Positions 1 to 14,502 of a DNA stretch of 64,000 nucleotides are shown here, piece by piece (position 1 is the first letter of the stretch; each line of letters starts with the position of its first letter). Origin of the DNA: Antedon mediterranea (taxonomy: Eukaryota > Animalia > Echinodermata); the NCBI RefSeq assembly GCF_964355755.1, contig NC_092679.1, positions 12,507,432 through 12,571,431 of the forward strand, in the 5' to 3' direction. The notes under the pieces are model-generated. The model did no database searches and was not told the DNA's origin. It was given only the letters and a program-made list of their open reading frames with translations. The translations under genes were made by a program, and so were the position numbers.

Positions 1-1147
1 CCTTGGATACCTACCTTATCTATCCGAGATGTACCGCGAAACGTAGATTTGATAACATTAGTGTTTACGCCGACGCTATTGTTCCATATTTTTATCTTAG
101 GAAGATATTATAAAGAGTTTTTTAACAACATTTATGATTTCAACATTAGATTTTCGTCTCAATTTCAATTCTTCCTGGTCAAAGTAATTTCCGGGTTTAA
201 GATAAGTTCACCTTACAACAACCTGGTTTCAAATATTTTCTCTCTTTTAAACACAAGGGAGCAGTTAAAATAATAGATTTGACCCTAAAGGTGACTGGAA
301 ACAGGCACTTTCCATCAATCAATACAGTGTCCCTTTGGAAGACGAAAAAAAAATCAGATAATAGGAGTGCAGCTTAAGTTGGCCATTAGTCATAGCCATT
401 TCAGTTTTTTGTTTATTTTAAAACATACCATGCGTGTGTGAAGGTACAGTAGTTAAATTATACTGCAAATTAATAAAGATCAAATTAAATATACGTCATA
501 AAGAATCAGAATATATTGTGGGGAATAGTATTATAAAATTACATAGGGAGATTTGATGATAAGACATTTTTCGAATGAAATCCCGATAGCTGAGTTTTAT
601 TGAGGAAGCTTGCAGAAATAACTGTAGGCTATCTTCCTGTGTCCCGTTAGGACCGAGATGTCTGCCCATGTTGCAAGCCGTAATGTCTTCTTTCTTGGGC
701 CCACTCTGTTACGGCAGTTTCAAAAGATGATTAAATTAAATAATGTATTAATAATTATTAGGATGGTATTCATTTGAATAAACGCCTCTCCAATAAAACA
801 TCACTTTGAATAATACCCCCCCCCCCCCCCACATTTGTTATTCTTTTTTACCACTTTTCATATCTACTGTATTAGAGGATTTCATTTGATTATAAATGTT
901 ACCATATTATTAAAACTAAAAAATTTAACATATATCCCTCGAATAAGCACCTCCCTCAAATGACCTCCGCCTCCCCAAAGGGCCCTACCAAACAATAAAA
1001 ACTATACTTTAAAATGTTATTAATCATCTAAAACACTGTGAAACAAAGTAGTTTAGTTTTACGAATGTCAAGCATGTTCAATAATGGTAACCGACAGAAA
1101 ACGTATAAGGAGAACATTATCATTCCGAGAACCATCGTCTACACTTC

Positions 1148-1184
1148 CTAGAGGGGGAGCGAGCGAAGCGAGCTCACCCTCTAG
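1148..1184. repeat. Short GC-rich hairpin, probably a Helentron-associated element end
   Basis: CTAGAGGGGGAGC pairs with GCTCACCCTCTAG (13 bp, 1 mismatch) around a GAGCGAAGCGA loop. Confidence 0.4.
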
Positions 1185-2353
1185 TAGTCTAAATGTTGAT
1201 AAATAAATGTATATTAATGAATTAGTCCCATAAATATGAATATTTACAATAAAGTCTAATGTAAAACAAAACCTTATGGACATCTGTACTATTAAGGGCA
1301 CATCCCTATTAAAAATGATATTTTTCATAACATATAAACAAGATCAATTATATTATTTTAACACTACAACTAAGCCCCATTAAGAAGAAACCTCTATTAA
1401 GGGGACACCTTTTTTGTTATCATGAATGTGTCTTAGGAGTTTCACTTTAGTGTGTTTTCAACAGTATGCATTTCTGATCTGACATGCCATTTCATACATT
1501 TCCCCATCCGTGGTAATCTCAGATTTTTCTTTTTACATTCTGTTGATAACATTTAAAATATCTGCTGTGTTTTATCTGTTACAATTTGTCATAAATGTAA
1601 AACATTACATAAAATCACAAAAAAATGAGGAAAATATAAATATTTCAACTATAACATCGATTATTATGTGCCATCTATCATTTTTCTATGTGTGGTAAGA
1701 AAATTAAATTTTCAAAGCACAGTGCTATAAAATATCATACGCTGAATATTTTGACGCCTGGATGTTTATGCAACAATTATAGAAAATGTCACTGTAGCAG
1801 TGTAATTTCCCAGGTGGCCATTTGTAGGTGGAAACAGAGGCTATCGAGGTGTAGATACACATTGACTAAGCTACACCATGTCAATACAAACAACTAAAGG
1901 CCTAACAGTTAGTTACTTGAAATAAATATGTTAAAAGAGAATTTTGTTTTCACAATGTTTTATAATATTACAACTCAAAGTAACCAATCACTATTGATAT
2001 TTGCATCAACTTTTCGGTGAAAAGATAAAAGTAATCCGCAAAACGACAAGGAAAATGTGCATCAACGATTTATCATCCGATCAATCAATTTATGATAATC
2101 TCTCCTAGCCATCAGGCGTGCTTGTTATAATAGTTGTCTGATACAGATGGAATTGTGAAAGTAACTATAGGTGATTAAAACAGGTAATATGAAATTGATT
2201 TTTGAGTAGTGTTCAGATTAGCATTGATACTGGTTAATCCACTCACAGACTATTGTTATTTCTATTTATATTAAATCCTTAATCCATCATATTGACGTTC
2301 ACTGGATACGGCTAATTATTCCTACTTGTAAAAACAGTAGTGGATTTAACATA

Positions 2354-2680
2354 GCCTATATGGCCTTATACCATGTTGAGACACCGGTCCTCATCTGATC
2401 ACGGATGTTGCGCAACTTTTGGCCCGGTTAGGTTTGGATGCGAGACCATCTGTGAAAATCGGGTGCTATATAGACAAAAGGTGCTGGACTTCCATCAGAC
2501 ATTTAAAATCGGCACTGGTGACTCTTATTGCAGCCCCCTGCATCTATGATCAGCCTCAGATGTATTGTCTCTGCCTTTCCTCTGGTAAAGCCAAGCACTG
2601 GGCAAGAGAATCCATTGATCAATGATAGGACCAACTTAGGTGCTTTAAACAGTCTTGGCTTATTTTCATCCATCATACAG
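2354..2680 (+). mobile_element. 5S rRNA-derived SINE (SINE3-type) or 5S pseudogene fused to a repeat body
   Basis: 2354-2475 is colinear with invertebrate 5S rRNA (ATACCATGTTGA..CACCGGT..CTC..CTGATCAC..GGCCCGGTTAG..TTGGATG..GACC..CGGGTGCT), with many substitutions. There is no T-run terminator, and about 200 bp of GC-richer non-5S sequence follows. Confidence 0.72.
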
Positions 2681-2896
2681 ATGAATGTAAGACTATAATT
2701 GACATTGTTGTTCGCGACAGACCTCAGCTATAAATTAAAAAAAATATTCTCACCATAATCATCTTGAATTAGTTTATCTTATATCATAAATCAAATTTCA
2801 CGAATTAATTACAAATGTATATTGTTAAATGCTCATAATTAGTGTCTTATGTTTGATAATAGGCCTTTTTTAATTTGTTTTATACTTATGCTATAC

Positions 2897-3000
2897 TACA
2901 CCCTCTCCTTCCTGCTCACTGGGTTCTGTAGTGTACAGTAGTTGAGATACACCCTCTCCTTCCTGCTCACTGGGCTCTGTAGTGTACAGTAGTTGAGATA
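2897..3000. repeat. Tandem duplication, 2 x 51 bp
   Basis: TACACCCTCTCCTTCCTGCTCACTGGG(T/C)TCTGTAGTGTACAGTAGTTGAGA starts at 2897 and 2948, with one mismatch. Confidence 0.95.
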
Positions 3001-3597
3001 AGAAAATCTTCCTATGTAGAAAGTTACAGTCAATACAAACTTTTGTTTTCTTTCTATTAACTTTATATGAAAATCTTTGGTACAATTTACTACCAACTCT
3101 TTTCACTTTTCAACATGACATGATCAGATGAACATTTTTTATGTGAAGAGAAAAAAAAACTGTATGTAAATTACAACATAAATTTGTTTCCAATATAGGT
3201 GAAAAGATACTGAGTCAATTTATTAGCAACTTTTTGCCATTGAGCAACACAAACATCCTATTTTGGGAATTTATGTATCCTGCATAAACTTTAGAATGCA
3301 TCTCATAATGACGGAGATTTGCGATTGATGAATTAATAGAATTGTCAGCATGAAATATTAGTACATCCACATCTAAATATCATTGCCAAATTATAGATTA
3401 TATTATCTTTCTTCTACACGCTTCTACCTCCAGGCGATTTAAATGAACATTTTCAAATAATATATTAAAACTATTGACCGGCATACTTTCACGATTGAGC
3501 ATGAAAACGTGTCTCATTTAATGAGCGTTAACAAAATACTGAAGAGTATCAGTACATTTTTTTAGTATTGGTTTTTTTTAACAGAATTATAATATTG

Positions 3598-3700
3598 ATA
3601 CACACCTAACTGTATTCTTGCCATTTGATTGGTTGATTATGTATCACATGCCATGCATTATTGGATCCATCCTCATGATTGGGGTGTAAATTGCACTTTG
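3598..3700 (+). mobile_element. Crypton-like repeat head fragment (similar copy at ~32706-32810)
   Basis: ACCTAA.TGTAT..TTG.CATTTGATTGGTTGATTATGTATCAC.TGCCATGCATT..CCTCA.GATTGGG..TAAATTGCAC occurs at both loci in the same orientation and resembles the head at 52221. Confidence 0.5.
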
Positions 3701-4699
3701 AGGGATTTTGTAAAGAATTTTGCTGTTAAAACCAACTTTAGTGTGCAGCCAAATTGTAAGCACGTAATTTTTAAATTGGCATAGGCCCTAGTTTTCAACA
3801 TTCAATGCAAGTAATTTTATAAACAAATGGTTGAAGAATGGTTATGATTTCTTGGTTTTTCCAGAAAGATTTACTGTAGTATAAATTGGCTTTCAACTTG
3901 TATTTTAAAATGGTGTACAAAAATATAAACACTAAATAAACACTTGTCTAGTAGTGGTAGACTAGACATACATTAACAATGAGCAAACAGAAGGTATACT
4001 TTGTCAATTGAATTGATAAAAGTACAATGTATTTGACTTTTGTTATATTTACCTACAGTAGATATGATTAGATAGTACATTTGATATGATCAATTAGGGG
4101 TCTACTGTATATATCTCATTGAACTCTTCAGATTTATTTTTAAATTCTCAGAACATATAATAAAAAACAATATAATATAGAAATGAATAGTCTAATAATT
4201 GTTGTTTAATTAGTGAGTACCAATCACAATAAAAAAGTGAGATATTTCCCTTTAATCCTAAGAATTTTCCCTAAATTGAAAGAAACAATTAAGGATTTCA
4301 CTAAAGTTCACTAAGTATTCACAAAGGTTTAAATTTAAGTGAAATCCTTAACTGGGTCTATTTTCCCCTTTAATTTTAAGTGTGATTGTGGATAAAAATT
4401 CTCATAATGAAACAGTGTGTATCGTTCCAAACATCTGATGCAAGAGTCGCTATCTCTTGCTTTCTTTAAGTCCTGACTCAAATCCCATCTTTTCTCTCTA
4501 ATTTAATTTTTTATTCATTTTTTTTTTATAATACACATTTGCATTTGCACATGGTTGTTATTTAGAGAGACGTTTCACTGTATATGCACTATATAAGTGT
4601 ATTACCATTTACATTACCTGTTAAGCAATGCTAGGAGAGTTGACCAATAAAATGTGACAGTTTGAATAATCTATCACTTGTGATTGGTTGAATCACTTA

Positions 4700-4873
4700 A
4701 GCTTGGTTCCCACTAGAACGTAACGCAAGGACGTAAACGCAACGCAAGCATGTTGACCAATGACAAGCAAAGTTATAGATAGTTAGCAATCACAAGCGAA
4801 TAAGCCATCGCTTGTGATTGGTCAATTCACTTACGTTACGTCCTTGCGTTGCGTCGCTAGTGGGAACCACGCT
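4700..4873. mobile_element. PIF/Harbinger-like (Tourist-type) MITE, 174 bp
   Basis: TIR AGCTTGGTTCCCACTAG / CTAGTGGGAACCACGCT extends as an imperfect palindrome. TTA TSD at 4697-4699 and 4874-4876. Confidence 0.88.
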
Positions 4874-7800
4874 TTACATTACATTATATCCTTGTGTTGT
4901 GTATCTATTGGAAACCAAATATTGACTATTATGGTAATCTTAAGAATAAAATCCAAAATAAATATTTTGAGAACGTGTAACTGTGATAAATGTACTCCAT
5001 GTGTGAAGTACTTTGTAATTTTAATTACTGCTATAAAAACTAATTTTGTAAACATTTTGGAGTCATTATTCATAATTTTGTAGACAACATGATAAAGTTG
5101 TGAACTGAAATAGCATATATATATATAGGTCACTTTGTATAACGTGGCATATTCCGATAGAGCGTTTCTCCATTTGATTAAACTTTAATAAGTTTTATAA
5201 AACCATGAATGTAGATTGAATATGTACAGTATACTATAAATTATAATGATTTCTTCATAATTAGATTTTGTAAGATTTATTTGAGAAAATGTCCATACAC
5301 ACAAAGCACAATTTTGAAAATAAAAATGATAATGTGTACTGTAAATGAGTTTGGGTTTTCCCTCTCTCGTATAATTGCTTCTGAAAGGTCTGCCTAAAAC
5401 ACCTCCATGTCCCACCCACCACCCACTCTAAAAAACCCGAAAACATGATGTCCAGTTACTGCTATCACTTTGTAAAGCAATTACTTAGGCTAGTTAGTGT
5501 ATGATTGATTTATCCCCTGAATCTATGGCTTATCCAGAGACATTTAGTACGTAAATGCACGTGAATATGCTGATAATCCAGTATATTATGTACATTAATT
5601 ATTATTAACTATTACTGTATACCAGCTAAAATCATGTAATGCATAGAGTTAAATTTAAAATGCATTTACTGCTTTCTAATCTTTAAAGTTAAATTAAAAT
5701 TTATGAAATGTGATTGCAACTTGCTTTAGTTTTAAGTGTAAAGTATACCCGTTGGTGACATGTGCAGAATGTGAACGAAACTATAATGAATTCCATGACG
5801 TAGCGTTTTAAGTAAAAGATTATTTCTCTGTTTTTAGAATACTTGCATTTATTAGTCTACTTGAATATGATGTACTTCATGGGATTATCTCAATGAATTC
5901 CAATTCTCACTAAATCATGATTTATTTCTAACCTTGTTTGATACAAAATATAGCCTTAGGAAACCAAGGAATTTCATAGAATAATTGAATATAGATTCTA
6001 TGATATTTGTTGTATTTATCATAATATTCCACAATGTTATATACACCATACACTAAATTTAAAATGTTATTCTTCTTAAATATTTCATTATATTTTTTCA
6101 AGAGGTTCCCACTTCAGTTTTGGGCCATTGGCCCATGGTTTTCCAAATTTTTAATAAATAAATAAATGGTGTATAATTGAAGTAATAATGATAAATAAAT
6201 AAAAGATAGATAAAGCTGAAAAAAGAGGAACAACATTTCGACTTCATCATTATTTGTCTGTTAATTAAACATACTTTAATTAGAATAATAATTAAATGAA
6301 TCTTTATTTTGTAAAGCTTCATTCACAAGGCCATATGCAATAAATGCAATGCAAAATTAAATATGAATAATGATGATACTATAAAGTACATTTTCACATT
6401 TTTTAAATTCACCAAATTCAATTTTAGTAAGTTATTGAAAAATAAACAGCATTTTTGTTTATGTTTAGATAAATTTAATTTTCACTACACAGTCATTAAT
6501 GTCATTTTGAAATGACCATTACAATTTTGTACTGTAAACATGACTACACATGTTTGACTGACAATATTCAATGAATACTGACATGAAACATTTTACTGGT
6601 TGAAATGATATCATTCAAAATAATGGAGAACTGTGTACTGTAGTATTTGACATTTTTTTTGTACATTAGATTAATTTTTTAAATGACTAGTAATTTATAC
6701 CAAACATTTTAATTTACTGTTTAGTAATAATGGTTAGACTATTGAACATTGTATTGCTCAATTGATTGATGACGACTGAGGACACAAGGCCTTTTGACAG
6801 TTAGCACTGTATTGGTCCACTGTTCAATGTGTGTAGTTAAAATTTCAGTAAAATCTGAGGAAATATCAATAATTTTACTCAATTAACCTCGTACTCCTGT
6901 TTAGTTTTAACAAATCTTATCGTAGAACCCGGGTTAGCATGCGAATAAGAATAGTTTATACTATACCTTAGAATTATTATTACATATATACATATAAATT
7001 GTGGCCCATTCAAAGGGTTATTTAGGACTATCGCATTGATCATGTGGTCGACCTTCAGAAACCTAATGAATGTGGTCAATACGAAAACGAAAACGAGTCA
7101 AAATCTTATCTACCTTTTTTTAATACCTGATTCCATAATACAGCATCACATGAGACAGGTATAGCATAACATAACCCATAACCTTACATGATACAGGCAC
7201 AACATACATGAGATGTATTACACAATTTTCCTATGATACTGGAAAAATATTGAGAATATATAATGAAAATCAGGTACTTTCTTTGACAAAGTAACATAAT
7301 TTATAACACAATAAAATTAAAAGTTTAATGTATTTTAAAATTGTTTTTCTTGTGGCTGAAAACAAAATGACATTATTTATTTTAATGCATAACATTCATT
7401 TAACACTTTTATTAAAGCATTTACTCCATAAAAGTAGTGTTAATTGGAAATTAATTGCTGACTTTACTCTGGTAATGACTCTTTATACTCTGATAAGCCT
7501 TTGATTAATAGCATGGCTTTGTACAACATTTAACCTTCGCAGGACTTTAGCTGGATGCATACATAGTTTCAAACAGAGAGATTCGAAATCTGTGACAGAC
7601 TTTACCAATTGACTAGAGGGTGGTGAAGGAAGGAAAATATAGTATTTGGACAAATTTTCAAGAACCGGTTTAATGGCAATCAGAATATAGCAGTCAAGGT
7701 GTTAGAATGGAATTTAACTGTTTATCACTGTGCAACTTTTAGCTGCAACTCAAAATAATGGTTATATGATTTCACGTTTGACGGCCTGAGCTCATTGTAT

Positions 7801-10800
7801 TTTGGGTAATATTTACGTTCGTCGATGAATATGTTATAATACATCTGTTTATATTATGGATTAGGTCATAGGTCATTATGATGTTTTTGTTTTGCAATTC
7901 TGTACAAACAGAACAACATCTGTAGTTTTATATAACGGATGATATACATATTCACCACCCACTCAATCCTTGGAAGTAATTTGGCATCATACAGACCATA
8001 GGACTTATTAATAATTAATTTACTAATAAATATAAATTGTGAAAACATCATTGAATCATAATTAAATGATATGACAGATTTCCATGAAATGAATATTGAG
8101 CTGGTTGCAGCTAGTGCTACTGCACTAAACACTGTATAATATTATTGAACAGGTACATACACTTTCACAGGTACATACACTTTCACAGGGCCATCCACCA
8201 GTACGGTTGCTGGTAAGGTTTCCAATATTTTAGGCCTTTGACAACTCACACAGGGATTTTGTTCACATTTTTGCGACCATCACTCCACTTTAATTTGTGT
8301 GGGTAGCACCATATCAGGCTTTTTTAACATTATTATCATAACACATAACATTGTAGCTGGCAAAACATTCCTGTTTTTTTAACTGTAAATAATACACTGT
8401 TTCTTTTTATGGAGTAAATAAAGATGAGCAGCAGACTACTGTATGCATTTAGTTTATTCGCATACAGTATCTACCAACCCTATCAATTAACCCAGAAATC
8501 TAGCAGTCTATTTCATCCTAGCATACCAGGATAAACCTGACAGAAAGCCTATATGATCTCCTGAGGGAGAGTCATGATGCTAAAAACTTTCTTGAATATC
8601 CCTCTATAATAATGGACAAATTTAATCAATTCCTTACTTCTTAGTATGTAATTAATAGGTAATTACTTAAAAATAGAAAATTAAAGTCTAGAGTATATTA
8701 TACAAACTCATAGTTTTCAATATTAGTCAATATGTTTCTTGGTATAATAGGACCTGTATCTGAAGCTGCAATATACTGGTTAAAAAAACATACTCTAGCC
8801 AGCTATGTCCCAGGAGGACATATTCATTAATAAGCTGTTTCATAGTGGTAGCTTTAGTATCTAAGGTCGACAGTTTTGCAAATTTGTAATCTCCACTAAT
8901 TTATAGGTCCCAGCTGCTGGACCCAAAAAACGTCTGGGTAAAGAGAGTCTATGAGGGCTCACGGTTGAACGATTTTGGATTCTCGCCCTTTGATTGGTTG
9001 ACACGAATCAACAGATTGTGGAAGAATTTTGTACCACCGTGAAGTCGCGTTGTCTCTAGAGGGTATTCAGTTGCATGCCTATAGTACAGGTTGAGGTCAC
9101 ACACAAACAGGCTACAGCACATTGAAGTTCAAAATTGATCATTTTTAAATGCCATTTTTGAATTCGTAGATTAATATTTCTTGCCAAATAATACATTTCA
9201 AATGCAGTGTATGCAATTAACTAGTGAAAAAATGGGCATGTGATTCATAATTGAAGAACTATCTGTGATTTGCGTGTATTTTTGCGATTAAAGGACATCT
9301 TTTTAATAATTAATCATAAGTTAATCAAAAGAACAATGATTAATGTTGAAATGTCGTTTTTGTAAGAAATATTTCTTGTTTAATAACAAATAAAGTTGTT
9401 ACATAAACCGCATTTCTGCTAAATGTAAAACGTTTAAATCACTGTCGTTGATTATCATCATTACCCGAAACATGGGTCAAGACATTACAGTGTAGTTGAC
9501 CAAAGTTCAACAGTAGCCATAACAATCATAACCATTTTGATTTTGCAATAATTGGTTAATTGGCTTTCCAACAAGTCAGTTATTTGAAATTGTTCTTGTT
9601 TCTACTGAAAAGAAAATGTCGGTAATTTGTTTACACCGTAGTTACCAACCGTCTCTCATCGTGCGGGATGGTCCCGCATTTCAATGCGGGATCAATTTTT
9701 AATGAAAACATGCATTTTGAACAAACACATGCATGACCACATATTTGTCACGCAATTAGCAGAAGTATATGCATGATTATTTTTTATCACAATTTGAGAG
9801 GAAAATGCATTCAAATTAATTTATATATATATTAAAATTATAGAACATTATGCAAGTATTCATATTATAACACCACACATATCAACAAAAATACGTAATA
9901 TCAGGCAAAAATTACAATCAATATTTAATTTAATTTAAACGTTTTTGCTCTTTGCTGAAACAGACACATAGGCCTACAGTCAAATTTAAGTTTTGGTAGA
10001 TATAAAGCAATAGCCGCTTAAATTATTAGAATTAACTTAAATTTGACATTTTTACCATTTAAAGACAACAAAATTATCACAATAGGCCTACCGTATATAG
10101 TATTTAATTTGACTTAAAATGTAGTTGGTAACCTTAAGTTAGATTGAACAAAATTGTAAGCAACATGTCTTTAAATACAGTATATTAGGAATATTGCAAT
10201 ATCAAAACAGTTATTATTTTATAGTAGTACATTAAATGACAAGTATCTATATTATCTATTCCATGTCTAACGTACCCAAGATATACTGTGAAATGGTCAA
10301 ATGGACTTATAAATAGTTTGAAATGACACTTTAGAGATTTTATGGTTGACTACACAGCTCAGTGAATACCACTACTATAGCTTAATACAGACTGCGCATA
10401 TTCATACACAGACTAATTTGCCTCCAGAATTTGATAGCAAATCCTCTGATAGTTTGGTTTATTAATACATTGTGTGCAACAAACGTTATGAATGAATGAA
10501 TATTATTGTTTAATTAAATGTTGCATAATTTGAATCTTTTTCTCTTAGACAATGTTAATATACAGTCACTGTTAGGCCTTAAATTTGATTGGATATAAAT
10601 ATTGCATAGTCTAATCAGCTAAATCTAGAAATGCTAGTGCTGTCCATAAATTTCTTCTCAAATATTCCGTGTTTGAAATGTAATTACAATAATGCGAATG
10701 TTCGACTTTTTTGGATCAGAAAATTCTGGTTTTAGTTTAAGTTTAAGGAATTTGATGAGTGAGTTGATGTGAATTTGTTGAGATGTTTTAAAAGCTGTAT

Positions 10801-11868
10801 CTATTTTGTACACACAGCATCAGTTAGTTTATTTAAAATGAGTGTAAAATAATAATTTGTAAGAATATTTCTTATTAAAAAAGTCAAGTCATTCAAGTGG
10901 ACTAATTTATGCCAACAAATAGTTTGCTTTTTGAACTCTCGTGCAATGATGTGGTCCAACAACTTACAGCTAAAATGCATCATTTTAAACTAAAAGCACG
11001 ATGAAGAAAATCAATATATGTAAAAAAAAAATGATGTAGTATTCAAAATGCATCAGTCATCCAGACGACTACATGTTTACGATGAAATTTGATGTATGTA
11101 CTGCATAGTGATAAATGTGAAATATTATTTTCAAGGCCTAGGCAGAAATTGTATGAAATTACAGATAGTAGGTAGCTGATGCCGCCGCCATAGATGATTC
11201 ATTTGATATTGATTTATTTTATGCAACTAGGCTTAGCCAATATTATCTTTTCTGTGGACACGTTCTCTTGGTTGTTAATTGTATGCTGGAAATATGAATC
11301 ACATAGATAAGGAGTTTACACGGAGATGGGTAGGATAAATGGTTTGAATTGGAGGGTACTTTTTGTTGTCTTTCTCTTCTGAAATAACCATCCTCTACTA
11401 CTACTAGTACTACTACTCATTTGGTAGTCATTGGCATGCTGTTGACATATAATTATGTCACAGTCTGAAGAATGTGAAATAAATCTAAACTAATCTTTTT
11501 CAATATAATTTGTATCAAGGTATGAAATTAGCTGACTACCTTACATGTTTTATCATTTAATTTTTTAAATACTTGATTATTTAATTGTCAGTGTCCAAAT
11601 TTAGATACATTGTAATTTTTGATGATGAAATAATAACTTGAAAAGGGAGGAGCACTCATCATCAATTATCTAATAGGACCTTCTGTTTATGAATGTAGTT
11701 GAGTGTCATCTTGGGCACGAAAATCAACACATTCTGAATATTCTATTAATCTATCATATTTTTAGACTGTAATGGTGATAACACTCTTCAGTATTTACGA
11801 TAAATGTGTATTTGTGAATGGTTTACTACTTAAAATGTTGATTTGATCTACTTTATTTTTTCTTATAG

Positions 11869-11940
11869 ATACAGTAATTGATTTTTGGAAAATCTTAAAG
11901 AATCATTTGAAGATTTTCTGCGGTCGTGTTTCATCAATGT
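11869..11940 (+). other. Candidate 72-nt upstream (5'-UTR) exon
   Basis: Acceptor CTTTATTTTTTCTTATAG ends at 11868 and donor GTAAGT starts at 11941. Stops in two of three frames. The link to neurexin is inferred only. Confidence 0.35.
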
Positions 11941-12334
11941 GTAAGTACAGTATTAAACTTAAATAACTTATTTTCGTAGAGTATCTGTCTGGTGACTATA
12001 AACATCCTGCAGTATTGTGTCTTCTGACAGCAACAGACTCGCACACTTTTCACCTGGACCCCTTCCAGACAGCTGTACAAATACTATAATATTACCTTAA
12101 TCTAGCCAATACTTTTAATACTGTGATAATTTCTAAAGTATGTGCAGAAAGGACTTTATACATTTGAATACCTCAATATTACAGTACTGTACCTTGTGTT
12201 TAGTGGGGTATAGATAATACACACTGGTTGTTCAATACTGCAATATTGGCATTCAAATACTGCAATATTACTAACCTTGTGTGTGAAGTGGACTGGTTTG
12301 CTTTACCTCAATATCGCCATAATTTCTAGTAGAC

Positions 12335-12494
12335 TTAAATGCTAAATTTACACCAGCCGAATTTGTTGGCGCGAATTGACAGTGTCATTTATACGCATGC
12401 GTAGAGAGGGAATTGTGAGATGGAAACATGAATACACATGCGTATAAGCTGATTCCCGCTAACAAATTCGCATACTGGATTTTAATGTACCTTT
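12335..12494. mobile_element. Degenerate palindromic MITE
   Basis: Inverted arms CGAATTTGTTGGCGCGAAT..TTATACGCATG and CATGCGTATAA..ATTCCCGCTAACAAATTCG, starting at a TTAA. The termini are eroded. Confidence 0.45.
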
Positions 12495-14502
12495 TTGATG
12501 GAGGCAATACACTTTTTTTTTTTATATGTAAGACACTGATTTGCTTTACCGTAATATTGCGATAATTTCTGTGTGTGAAAAGGACTTAAACATAGCCATT
12601 TATTATATTTTATTTTCATTGAAAGTGTGTCATTAAATGCTTCCTTTAAGATAATATTCAAACTAGGATATAACTGATGACAGTAATTATTCAATGTGCA
12701 TAGTTATAATGAATATTTATGGTTATTTTACTCAGTTGCTTAAACAATGTCTACATAACAGTGTAATCGATTATAAGACTAACTTATATTATATGCAATA
12801 GTGGAGAAATATAATAGAGTGGTTATTGTGAAGTTTTTATTGTATTCGATATTAGATTATAATAACATTATTTGAGTCAAGTATGTAATTATAGACGGCA
12901 GTAAATATTGATTTGCTTACTAATTACCTTTATTTATGTGGATCTCAATTGCTTTTACTTCTAGTACTTTAATATACATCTTGATCTAGTATTCAAATTC
13001 AACAAGAAGTTATGTTTTGTTATAAAATTACACCGTATTTTTTTTATAGGTAAACTAAACAAAGAGAAGTTATTCGATTGCATGTAATTATTGATTGTAA
13101 TTAATTAACATTTTTGTTATTAAATAAAAAAAGTGACTAAAGTCTGTCCATCAAACAGTAGTTCTAAGGTTATCATGTGACACTTTAATTAAGAAAAACC
13201 TAATAGGTATTGTCATTCTGACTGTACTGTAGCACCAAGGGATGTGGAATTTGAGATTTTTCGGTGTAGTGAGAGCACTAACAACCAAAGGAGTTGGCAG
13301 CAGCCACTTCGAGTCATGAGGCACTTGCGCTACCTGCAAGAATTGAACAACCAAGGCCACGCTAGAAAGTGTGGAATATTTATACTGGTTCCCAGCAAAA
13401 GGGGAATTGTAAAATGGTGCGCCTCCACATATTTTCCCACATGAAAATATACCCCGTAAATGCTGTATGGAAATATTTAAGAGTGACCTCAGCGACTAAT
13501 AATGGCATCAGTCAGCCTTATGAAAATGTCATGTATTTACAGTTTATACTTTCCAATTCCAGATATATTTGGACTGTCAAATGAAGACATGGTATGTTTA
13601 TAATGTTAGCGTTAAGATTTGGGTTAAGGTTTTAGAATAGTGTTATTGTATTCTTGACTCGCCAATAATGTTCCAAACCTTTAGATGACTGGAATAAATA
13701 AAGCACTGGTTAAAGGTTTCATAGTTCTAATAGTTGAAATAAAAACTAATTCAGCAGTTCACTTGGCTTGTCCATCAGCTTTTCAAACACAAATCATGAC
13801 AAACGATAGTTATGAGCTCATTAAATTATGCATTTGAGTATATTTATGACTGTTGTACTGTATCACCACCTAATTGTTCAGTCTTTAGCATGTTTAATTA
13901 GTAACCTATCTAAATAATTGAATATAGTTTGAGATAAAAACACCTTCAATTCAGTAAAACATGAAGAAGTGTAATATCTCCCTCTATTTCTAAATGTTGT
14001 AGATTCTCCTCTTTTCTCAAAACTAACTGTCAACGTCAAAACTCATGAATATAACCTATAAATTTGACAATTTTGTATCTATTATTAGTAGTATCCTGTT
14101 TTTTAAATGTAGTGCCTATTGCAAAGTGAGTTAATACATACAGATGTCGCTATATAGGTTAATATTATGATGTTAATAGTGCCAACATACCGTCAAAATT
14201 CGCTAGTTTAAATGAAGTTCTGAATAGAATATTTTTGTAGCCAATATTTCTATCATCTTGGTCTTTTTGCTATTGTTGTCATTTTCATCTTGTAGTGATT
14301 TTGTAAAATGTTATTGCTACACCTTTTAGACCATTATTATGGTATTTTATACAAAAGTAACACAACATGTATTAAACCTGTTTAAATTATAAGCCCTTTT
14401 CACACAGACCTGCAAGACGATATTGCAGTATAATCATTACTGCAATTCCGTCTCTGATACTTCTAAGATTTTTTTGATGTATGAGGATATAGGGAGGAGA
14501 CC

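Noticed and set aside
13035-13056. Recursive-splice-like TTTTTTTTATAG|GTAAAC (also near 35973)
   Set aside because: The donor half is poor, and the motif is common in AT-rich DNA without RNA evidence.
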